Below the pieces are notes generated by a model, which did not search any database, had not been told where the DNA came from, and was given only the letters and a program-made list of their open reading frames with translations. Below, piece by piece: positions 11,501 through 23,500 of a stretch of 64,000 nt of DNA (the first letter of the stretch is position 1; every line of letters begins with the position of its first letter). This DNA comes from Sphaerodactylus townsendi. Its lineage: Eukaryota. The stretch lies in NCBI RefSeq assembly GCF_021028975.2, contig NC_059426.1, positions 154,380,001 to 154,444,000 of the forward strand. Direction: 5' to 3'. The position numbers were made by a program, and so were the translations under genes.

Positions 11501-14500
11501 AGTTTCAGCTGTGCATTTCCATGCACTTAGCCTTCCTTAAAGGGTCAAGGTATTTTTCTCCATGCCTGGTGGTAACTCTAGTTCAGCCTTAAAATCTGTA
11601 GCTCGTAGAAGTTTCTTTGGCCTGGACTGTGAAAGGTGGGCTTCAAGAAATTAATTGAACCCTCTGTTTTTGTCTAAAGGAACCTACAGATAACCTTGAG
11701 GACAGTCTTTTATTCAGTAGACCTGAGTTTATTGTAGGAACTGAAGGGGAAGAGGAGAAAAAATCAGCACCAAACCATGGAGAAAACCCAGGCAACCACA
11801 TAGAGACCACAGGAAATACAGGTAGAATGGAAGTGGATGAGTGTGTGTTTCAAAACTGTTGCTTTTACAATATTAACTAATGTTTTCAGTTCTTTTGGGA
11901 CACTTTCTGTGCAAACCTAATTTAAGCAGTTTTACACCCTTCTAAGTACACTGGAATCAATGATCTTAGAAGGGCACAAATTTGCTTAAATAGCACTGGT
12001 AAGAACATAGCCCAAGAAGGTCTTTTCAGATGTACAGTCCCATTTATCCTGTGAGACTTATTTCCAGGAAACTATTGCAGCCTTTGTAACAGTGGTCCCT
12101 CATCCTCAGCTCCCTGCCCCAGGTTATGGATTCCACAAGAAAATTAACAGCAGATAACATATTTGGCTGGCATCTTCAGATCATCTGAAAATGCCAGCCA
12201 CGAATGCAGGCAAAACATTAGGAGAAAATACTACTGGAACTACTGGAACATGGCCATACAATCCGGAAAACCCACAACAACCTAGTGATTCTGGCTGTGA
12301 AAGCCTTTGATAATATAGATAACATATTTCTTTGTAGTGATACTTGGTTCATCTGACATATGGTGTTCATTTTTATATACCGTATATACTCGCATATAAG
12401 CCGAATTTTTCAGCCTTTTTTTCGGCTGAAAAATGCCCCCCTCGGCTTAAATGCGGGTCACACACCCTCACAAGTAGAGTCACAGCTGCCATTCATCGAG
12501 TCGTAGGGTTCTGTCCTCTTCTTAATCTCATGCTTTCTTTCTTGCAGGCTCTAAGTTTAAGGTGTGGTTTTAGGGAAGCTGCCGGCTTTCTTTCTTGCGG
12601 GCTCTAAGTCTACAGGGAAGCTGCTGCTTGGGGCGGCCTATTCTATGGTTTTCTTAAAAGGGCAATGCTTGCCTTTTTAAGAAAACCATAGAACAGGCTG
12701 CCCTGAGTGGCAGCTTCCCTGTAGACTTAGAGCCCGCAAGAAAGAAAGCCGGCAGCTTCCCTGAAACCACGCCTTAAACTTAAAGCCTGCAAGAAAGAAA
12801 GCATGAGTTAGAGAGGGGGACGAGGCATTCTCTGCTTCGCTTTCTCCTGCCTTCAGCCACTTTCCCTCTCCCCAGACCCATGTGCGCCCCTCTCCCCCTC
12901 CTTAAAAAGCCTCCCCAAGCCTTCTGGGGCGCTCCTTTCCTCCAGCTGTGGCTCCTTTGCCCGCTCAGCACCCTGCCTCCTGATGGATCTTTCCCACCCT
13001 CAGCTTATATGTGAGTCAATAAAATGTCCCAGTTTTTTGAGGTAAAATTGGGCGCCTCGGCTTATATGCGGGTCGGCTTATATGCGAGTATATACGGTAG
13101 TTGTATATTTAGAAGCAATGTGAAAAAAACTCTGGAAAACTTATATGGAAATTGCCCCACCCTTTGGTTATGGTATCTTGAAGATGATTCGCCATTTTGC
13201 CTGCCTAGAGCCCTGCCCTCACATCGCAGTAGTAATTCACACTTATTCTGTAATTTTACCTCAAGTGAAATTCAAAACAGATTTGTGGACCCCTTCTCAG
13301 GTGAAACAACTGGGGATGAAAACTAAAAGAATTTTGATTGGAGTACAAATATTCTGAGGGTGGACTCTGCTGCACCCTAATTTGACACTCAGCTTAATTG
13401 AAATAAAAATTCAAAGCAGTTTCAGAAAGTTTTCCTTAGGCGAAACATCTTAGCAATAACAGGGGAAAGCAATGTTTCAATAACATTAGCAAAAAACCCT
13501 CAGACCTGTGCTATAATAAGCCCTGGAAATGATGGTGAAAGATAGGCTATCTCTCCCCACCCTTGCTATCTGGAGTCAGTTTTGATGGGTGAATCCACAT
13601 TGGGAGGGAGATTGAACTGCAAAATGAAAATCATTGTCCCCTGTGGATGGCCCTAACTGGGTTGGTGCGTTGTGTGGATACTAGCATTTGAAAAAGGGAA
13701 GATCCAGGCCTGACTCTCCTGGCATCTTATCTGTTTCAAATTTGGGCCTAACTCCTATTAGATGATGCCCAGTGATTTGACTTTACAAGGCTTTACAAAA
13801 TAGTACCCAAAGGAAACTCATTTAATAACACAGGACTCTTCTGTTTACTGTATAGCTGGTATCTGTGTATATGGATAGGAAAGTAGATAAGGGAACAATT
13901 CAAGGACACAAGGGAAGATGGAATGTGAGAGCATAACTACAGGAAGTGATTCTGTGCGGGGGGGGGGGGAACCAGGAGATAGAAATAAAATTGTTTAATA
14001 TTTCCTTATTTAATATAATATATTTCCTTATTTAATATAATATATATATATTAATATATATTTAATAAAATTGTTTAATATTTCCCTAACTCTTAATTAA
14101 TTACTATCTCTTAAACACAGTGGTTTATACAGCCAGTTAATGATCCACCCATGTGGTGATAATTTCATCAATTGGATTCATTCCTTAAACTGGCAGGACC
14201 TCCCTTTCCGTGATGGAAATTCCACTATGTGAAGAGCCGAAAAGCTCCAGGTCACTAGGTTGTAACATGGTGGTTGCAGAAATCATGAGAATGATGTGGT
14301 TGCCTAAACTAATCCAGAAATTTGTAAATAAACAAAAAAGCCCAACGTTATAGAGCCTGGCTTATGGCTTTATTTAAGTGTAACAAGATTTGTGATCTTT
14401 GGTACATGATGTTTTTCCACAGCCATAAAAAATGACACTGAGAGGAAATTCTGTTATCAGCAGCTTCCGGTGACACTAAAGCTCATATATACAATATTGC

Positions 14501-17500
14501 AGGTAACGTCTACTCTTTTTTGGTTTGGGTTTATGAATTTGACTATGTGGAGGAGTAGATATGTATTGGGCTGCTCCCCTTTTGGTTTTGAGGTGGGACT
14601 TTAGGGTCATCAAGTATATGGTACTTCATGGGAGATATCTGGCTTGGTAGCAAAACACACAAAAAGGATAACGGAACTATAGACCAAAGCAGAATCAACA
14701 GTGTGATGCAGAGTCCCAAAAGGCAAATGTGATTTTAGGCTGTGTTAACCTTATATTCTAATAGCAACATCGGCAAGACATATCTTTCTACAAACCTGAA
14801 AAGGGCCCCAGGTTTGCAGAAAAATGTGAAATCTAAAAAATGAAATGAAACATTGGAGAGTCTGAAGATGCCAACCACAGATCCTCTGAAGATGCCAGCC
14901 ACAGATGCAGGTGAAACGACAGGAGACAATACTGCTAGAACATGGCCAGACAGCCCAGAAACCACACAGCACCCCAGTGATTCCGGCCGTGAAAGCCTTC
15001 GACAATACATTAAACATTGGAGAGGTTTTAAAAAATCCTCAAGGATTGTCATATGGAAGAGGGCAAGGGCTTGTTCTGTTCTGCATCAGAGAGCAATGCT
15101 AGATCCAACAGACTTCTTAAGGAAGACTGCGGCTAAATTTGGCATGGCCGAGTTGCCAAAAAAGCCAAATGACAGCATGATTTGGTGGATTCGGCTTGCA
15201 TTCGGGCTGAATGCAAGCCACCTGAATGCAAGCCAATCCAAATACAAGCTACTCTGATTAGCTTGTATTGAATCAATACAATCTGACCACCATTCTGACT
15301 GTCCAAGCCTGTGAGTTTGATGCTACTTTCCTAAGCAGCACAGCACTCAGCAAAGCTGAGAGGGGCGTGGGGGAGAGGGGGAGAGGGAGAATGCGATCGA
15401 AAAGCAAGTCTTTTGGTCCCATTTCCCCCTTCCCCCCACCCTTCTCAGCATTGGTGAGTGTTGCACTGATTAGGATAGTAGCAAGATTAAGAGTAATTTG
15501 ACTATGCATCCCTTTACCTGGGGAGGTGGAATGTTTTTTCTTGCTGGAGGTCTTCAAGCAGAGGCTGAGCATCCACCTGTCAGCTGTGCTGTAATTTGGA
15601 TTATCCACACTGAGCTTCAGCCCCTAACATTCTATGGTTGTTGTTTTTTTCCTCGCCAAGTCACAGCTGACTTACGGTGACCCCGTAGGGTTTTCGAGGC
15701 AAGAGACATCCAGAGTTGGTTTGACATTGCCTTGGAGGTCTCCCCATTGAAATATTAGCTAGTGTTCCTTGGAGCTATAGAGGAAGAAGTGGGAGCTGAA
15801 ATGACTAGAACGAGTTTGGCAGAAAACTCAATGAAGCTGCAAGGGCATCTTATACTGTACAATGTTTATGAAAGTCCACGACAGCCATTCTCAACCAGGG
15901 TTCCTTGGTACCCTGGGGTGCCGTGAGCATGTCCCAGGGGTACCTCGGCAACACTACCGCCCCCCCTCATTTTTGTGGTGTCTCCCACCGGTGCCAGCAA
16001 GGACATGGAGCTGGCCCCTGGGGCAGGGCCTGCCACAAGGTCAGCAGCCACCCCCCAGTGCTACCCTTCACCCTGGGAGGGGAAGGTGGGGTGTGTGGCA
16101 AGCAGGGGCAATGGGAGAGGAAGGTAGAGGGTGGCGGCAGGGGTACCGTGAGATATGAAGAGTGAGGCCAAGGGTACCCTGACCTCGAAAAGGTTGGGAA
16201 ACACTTGTCCACGAGATGGAAGTGAAGGCCATTAAGAAGGCATTGAATACCACCTCCATTGCATCTGCAAGCTCACACCCAGCTCAATTGTTTAAGATAA
16301 TTAGGACTTTATCTTAGGAGTCCTCAAATAGTTGGTATTTGGCTGTTAGTTGTGAGGTATTTGTGAGCTTTTTTGCAGACAAAATTTTTGCTGCTCTGCC
16401 AAGAACTTCCGGCCAGTTTCAATACAGTTAAAAAACTGGAACCACGTGGTTGTCTTCCAGTCCAATTTTGGACCAATTCTGCTGTCTCTCCCAGACTGAT
16501 GTTGACAGGACCCTGGCAGCTTTAAAGCCTAGCACATTCCCCCTGGACCTATACCCATAATGGCTGGTGAAAGCCAGTGGCGATGCCATGTGCACATCCC
16601 TGAGTTCAGTGGCAGAGCTGAAGGAGCTGAAGGACATCCACTCTTGAAAAAAAACCATAATTCTTGAAAACTCTTGAAAAAAACCCAGTTATCAGCCAGT
16701 TTTGCATTTGTCATTTCTGGGTAAGGTAATCAAGAGAGCAGTGGCAGAGTATCCTCAGGTATTCTTGGATGACTTATGGGCATTGGATCCATTTCACTCC
16801 AGCTCCCAACCTGGTTGTGGAATGGAGACAGCTCTGGTTGCTTTCATGATGATCTCTAGAGGTAGTTGGATCAAGGTGGATCAGCGCTGCTGGCTCTTCT
16901 TGATCTGACAGTGTCCTTTGACCTGGTCAACCGTGATCTTTTTACCCACTGCCTTGCTATTGATGAGTAACCTAGTGCTGCCTTGGAAAATCTGACCAGT
17001 TGTTTGAGGCTATGGTGAAATAGATGAAGCAGAGATGGCTGAAGTTAAATCCTAACAAAGATGGAGGTTCTGTGACTGGGCCGGGGTGATGCATGAATGG
17101 GGTGCCAGCCCCTGGCTCTTGACAGTGTACAGTTGACACTGGCTCACTGCTAAGCTCTGGGGTGGTGAAAAATTTAAGAGAAGTGTTTTCATACATGAAG
17201 CTTAAATCACCTCTTTCTTGTGACTTATGTTAACATCAGTCATGTTTTTGATTGACGACTTTCTGCTTTTCCTTAGAATTCATAGAATGAAGGATTATGT
17301 ATTTTGCTTGGAATGAATTTGCTTGTTTTGTTTGCTCTCACACAGGAAATGGCCCGCTTTGAAGAGCCAGATATTCTTTTTAACATGTTGAACTGCTTGA
17401 AGATACTCTGTCTTCACGGGGAGTGTTTGTACATCGCAAGAAAGGATCATCCCCTGTTCTTAGCCTACATTCAGGATCACATGCTGATTGCCAGGTATGT

Positions 17501-20500
17501 GCTGTTGGCTAGCTGCCCACTTTTATAAAGCCTGTGGGACATTTGTTTATAGCAGGGGTAGGGAACCTTTAACACTCAAAGAGCCATTTGGACCCGTTTT
17601 CCATGGGAAAAGAAAACACTTGGAGCTGCAAATAATTTTTGACATTTAAAATGAAGGTAACACTGTATATATTGGGTTTTTTTTACCTTTTACTCCGCTC
17701 ATTCTGAGAATCGCATGGATGCGTCCGCCCTGCTGCCTGCAGGGCGGGCAAGGATGGGGCCAGCGGCTCAGCCTCGCTGGCCGCCGGGAAAGCATCCGCC
17801 CCGCTCCAATGGGGCAGGCGAGAGGGGAAGCCCACGGCGTGGCCCAGCCGGCCGCAGGCAGTTGGTGCGCCCACCCTGCTGCCTGCAGGGTGGGCAAGGA
17901 TGGGGCCGGCAGCTCGGCTCGTGGAGCCGCAGTTCAAGGGCAGAAGAGCCGCATGCGGCTCTCGAGCCGCAGGTTCCCTACCCCTGGTTTATAGCAAAAC
18001 AGTTGCAGGTATACAATGGTGACATTACGGCCGGGTTTGGGGCAGAGGTCCAAGGCCCCAACTCATGGATACAGCTGGGAAGATGGGGTCAAAGCCAGGC
18101 ATTTGAAGTATACCATGTTCTTACCTGCTCCTGAGGTAAATTTCCCGCTGTAAATAGAGAAAGTAACCTAACTGGAAGCAGGAAATGGTCATTTTGTCCT
18201 GGTACAAGGACGCTTTGCTTTCCAGTGAGGTATAAGAACTCTCTGAAGTAGCAGGACCTGTAGCCTCACAGCATAGTTATGTTGCCATTTTGTACATCAT
18301 TTATGACACCATCTAGTGATGGAGGTTGCTGATTAGCTTTGGTTGGTCTATTTTCTCCAGCTTGTGGAGAGTTGTCAAGTCTGAATTCTCCCAGCTTTCT
18401 TCATTAGCGGTGCCTCTCCTTCTTCATGCCTTGTCACTTCCGCACGGGGCGGATATATTCTGGACTATAATCAATAGCAACTTCAACAGCAAAGACTGGA
18501 AGATCAGGTTTGAAGCAGGTAAGTCTTAATATTGCACAATGTTTACTTCAGTAAGAGTGCAGAGATCTGCAAAGAGCTTTCATTTGCTCAGGGTGTATTT
18601 GGCACCTGGTCACAACTCATAAATCCTGCCACTCCAGCAGAATGGTCTTCCAATGAGTATGCATGGAGGACTAGAGAGTGCACTGAAAGCATGGCACCTG
18701 TGAACTGCGATGGGTGAGAACTGCTGATGAATGTGCCATTGGTTCTAATCAGTTCTCAATAAGTGTGCCGGAGAAAGGGCCATTTTCCTCTATCCGCCCA
18801 GTCATTAACAACTGAAACCAGAGAGACATAGTACTCAAAAGCATCTCAAAAGTACTCATAGTACTCACATAGTACTCAAAAGTACTCAAAAACATCTACA
18901 CAACCATCACATCTTTCTCCAGAATTTAAAGTCAGTCTAGGATCTGGAGAAGCTTCAAAGCAGTGTGAAGCTGGGGCAGGAAAAATAGATAAATGCATCA
19001 GAGGTTATCCACTGAACTCAGATCTAAGAGGGTAATGCTTTAGTTCTAGAACCTAATTTTAGGTTCAGTTTGTGATGTCTCCAGCTACAGGATCTTAGGC
19101 AGCAGAGGTGGGGAATATCTTTCCCTGTGAATGGAAAACTGCCTGTCATTGCAAGACATTTGGCAAATTTATTTATTAATTGGCTGTTGTGCGTTTTCCG
19201 GGCTCCTAATGTTTTACCTGTATCTATGACTGGCATCTTCAGAGGCATGTCATGGTAAGATGTATTTTTCTCTGTGACACCANNNNNNNNNNNNNNNNNN
19301 NNNNNNNNNNNNNNNNNNNNNNNNNNNNNNNNNNNNNNNNNNNNNNNNNNNNNNNNNNNNNNNNNNNNNNNNNNNNNNNNNNNNNNNNNNNNNNNNNNNN
19401 NNNNNNNNNNNNNNNNNNNNNNNNNNNNNNNNNNNNNNNNNNNNNNNNNNNNNNNNNNNNNNNNNNNNNNNNNNNNNNNNNNNNNNNNNNNNNNNNNNNN
19501 NNNNNNNTCCATAATCCAGTTCTTGAATATATAAATGCACACACTGCAGCTGGCAGGAGCTCAGCAAAAGGCCAGAATGGCAACAGAAGAGTCTGCAACA
19601 AGAATGATAGCATCACATCATGAAGAGAAGCAGGAAGCCAGTGGGGAGGAGGAAGAATAGGCAGCATAGGTAGTCACTGGATGGGCCTGTGGAAAATCTC
19701 TTAGGTCCAGTTCATAGAATTTCCTCTCAGGCAGATCTCCCAGATCAGCTAATCATGGCAAACAGCCAGTCCCAGGAGAGTGTGAGGAAGGAACCAGGTA
19801 AACCCTGATCTGGCATCTAGAAAGCCAGAGATTGAGGAAGGCTGGGGAATAGGTGGTGCCAAATTTATGCCATATAAGATGGTTTCCACAGCAAGCCTGG
19901 GAGGAAGCAATGGATCCTGCTGTTGTGAGAGTAGGTATCTAGGGAGGAGAGAGGAAAGGAACCACGCAGTGTGACCCCCTCATCTTCCCACTGTGACTCA
20001 TAGGATTCTCAGAGGTTGACACCCACCCAACTGCTGAAGGACAGGCTTCAGGGCCAGTGGGTGGGAGAAGAGTCTCTTCCCCCATAAAGCATCTCCTGGT
20101 TTTATGTGTGAACACAAAGGCTTCTTTTGGTTCCAGGTCTCTAGCCTGCGAAATTGGGGACAGAAGGGACAGAAGTTAAGGGGGAAAAAACCCACTCCAG
20201 AAGTGGTGTTGTAAATGATGAATGACAATAAATCAGCAGCAAGTAGTTCACTTTGATGGAATGAAACAAGTTTTAAAAGGATAAAACAGAACAATCCCCC
20301 AACATGTTTTCATTTGGTTTCACGGGTTCATATTGTCTCTTCCTTGTGAATTAGTGCACACACACCAGGGCCATACCTTTTGATGTTCCTGGCTGTGTTA
20401 TCTCCACTTGTCATTATAAATATGAATATGAAAAATTTTATAATTAATTTTCAGCAACTTTTCGCTGGTCTTAAATCTACTTTGAACTGCAGTTCAATAG

Positions 20501-23500
20501 AACAAGCACCGATGTTCGTTATAATCCCGAACAATTTTCTGCTGTATCATTCATCCAAAGCTGGAAAAAAAGGAACAATTGCGCTTTCTAGATCCCCTTT
20601 TATAGATCTATTGCAAAGCTCGAGTGGGTGCCATTGTCTGAACTAATCCTGGGTGTTTTGTTTTGCTTTGTTTGCTACCATAGTGGAGAAAGTAGCTGTG
20701 ATGTGTAGATTCTTGGATATCCACTCGGTGACCAAAAATCACTTGCTGAAGTACTCCCTGGCGCATGCCTTTTGCTGTTTCCTGACTGCTGTGGAAGATG
20801 TCAACCCTGCAGTTGCTACCAGGGCAGGACTACTGTTAGACACCATCAAAAGACCAGCTTTGCAGGTGGGTTAATGTTGCAGTAAGACACTTGGGTATTT
20901 TCCACTACAGGGCCATTGGCCTTGAAGTGTATTTGCTAGGCTGGTATTTATGCAAAAGAAATATTATTGCAAGCAAAACCAAATATCTCCCAATCATTTT
21001 CAGTGAAGTGTACAGAAACACACTAAAAGCCTGTTCAGAAAGGCCCTTTTTTCAAAGGAAGGAAAACATCTAGATGAAAATAACAAACCTTAGCTATGTA
21101 GCAACCGGAATGACCGTGGGCTTCTTTTTCCTGGAACAGAACAATGTTAGGAAAGTTCATCTCTGCCTGTTACAGGTGTAGTTAGTTATTTTCTTAATGG
21201 CCATTCAGATTTGTTTGGGATCAACTAGTTTGCTTAATCCCTTAGTGACACTGAAAAATGCATTTTATTGGTGTCGAAATAACGTGCCATTCCTTCTTCC
21301 CCTGTCTCGTGCCTTTATTTCGACTTCCAGCCTTATACCGTAGCCAAGGCCATTTATCTTCCACAATTCTTAGTAAGCTTTTACTGCTTCATTTTATCAA
21401 GCAAGACATTCCGGCTTTGAGCTGGGAATTTTTTGTGAACCGGTTTGAGACTCTTTCACTCGAGGCACAGCTTCACCTGGATTGCAACAAAGAATTTCCC
21501 TTCCCAACAAGTAAGCTTTGTTCGGTGGCATGATATTCTTTTAAAAAGGGGGGAAAAACTAAAGTTAAATGTCTGGATGAAGATGTTATTTTATGTGCTG
21601 GTTATATCCTCCCTATAGTTGCTCTCCCCAGGCTGTACCCGGTCCGAAGGGGGGGGGGAACCGCACCGTGGGAGTGCCCATGCGCCATGCCGTGGCCGCC
21701 CAACTGCCCTCGCTAACTTACTGTTAAATGCGTCCAGCTCAGAAAAAAGCAAGGGAGGTGAAAGGCTGGGCCTGGCCTTATATAGGCCGCCCAGCCCAAC
21801 CTCTCCCGATGACGTCAGGGGAATCCTGGCGTCATCGTCCCGTGCCCTGCTGTTTGCCGCACTTGCGCAGCAGGCAGGGTAAAGCCTCGTGAGCCTTTGG
21901 AGCTTGCAAGGCAGGGAAGGAGGCAGCCACGCCAGGAGGCTGTCCCTTCCCCTCCAGCAATGGCGGCAGCCATGCACCCACGCCTGCTTCTTTTTTTAAA
22001 AAAGGGGAAAGTTCTAACGCCGCCCATCTCGACGCAAAAGGCTTTATGTGCTGGTTATATCCTGCTTTTTCTCCCCAATGGAAACCCAACACAGGTTATG
22101 TTGCTCTCTTTCCCTCCATTTTATCCTAACAACAACCCTGTGAGGTGGGTTGGGTTGAGAATGTGTGACTATCCCAAGGTCATCACTCGAGCTCTTGTGG
22201 TAGAGCAGGGGTTTGAGTCTGATTCTGAAGATCTGATTCTTCCAGATCTTAGTCCAGTACACTACACTGTCTCTCACTGCATTGTCTTTGCAGAAGGAAA
22301 AGAATTTGACCTGAATTTATATTCCAGAGGAGTTTATTAAACCCTGGCTGATTCCGCATGGCCCAAAAACAGCAGTGTGAAAACAGTGTGAAAATGGTGT
22401 AAAAGAGTTTAAAATGGTGTAAAAGGGTTTATACTCATTTCACACCGTTTTCACACTGCTGTTTTTGGCCCATGCGGAATCAGCCCCTGTCTCTGATTGT
22501 GAGAGGGCAATTCCAGTATCATATATTTAACTCCAGTCAACTTGGAGGTCCTGCTGTTGGGGAAGATGAATAAATGAAGCGATGCTTCCTGCGTCAAAGA
22601 TCTTACCCACCTACAAAAGTGAACATGAGACAGATAGGGACAATCTGTTGGTTTAAGTGGTGGGTGAGGAGGATGCCACATGAAGCATACTTCAGGATCT
22701 TTGAATATTTATGGATTAAAGGAGGGGAGCTGATCACGTGAAAGGCTTTTGGGTTCAGTCTTACAGTGCTGTAACTACCCCTTTAGCAGAGAATTGGAGA
22801 ACCCTTCTGATCAATATGGTATAGGGTGAAATTGTCCACTTCTCCCTCTTGGAAAACTTATTCTATCAGCAGAGGTGTACCAGCAATAAATGGTGCCTGG
22901 GTGCCTGTGTGCACCCTTCACAGTCCCTGCCCCCTCTACTGGTGGGGCAGGGTCGGCAGGTGGCAGTAGCTGGTACCAGGCTGGGAACCTGGCACAGGCC
23001 CATTGAGGGGCGCACAGAGGGATCCTGGCCTGGCGCCAGCTGCTACCATCCCCCACCTCCATTGGAGGCTGTGCCTGCCTTGCGCAAGGGGCTTGCTGCG
23101 ACCAGACACTGATTGCTGCCAGTAGCGGCATCCTTACCTGCCAGAGGGACATGCAGGTTCCTTGCTCTTAACCATGGTTTGATCACATGGGGGGGTGATT
23201 TTGCACCCCCCCCATGATCAAATGAGTGGCACCCAGGGACATGTTACCCTACATGTCCCTCTGGCAGGTATGCCCCTGTCTACCAAACATACTTCACCAG
23301 TGGATTGGAGGTGGGGGATTTTGCCTGGTTTATATTCTTTACTATAGCCCCTTCATGCTGTAGTGTATTTTGTTTATGAGAATGCGATAAACATCAGAAG
23401 AGGAATTTGGAGTTGCAGGAGAAGGGTTACAGGAGGAAGTAGTGAAGATCTGCCCCTGTGTCCTATTTCTGCTTGCAGTTCTATAGGATCCAACCCATTG

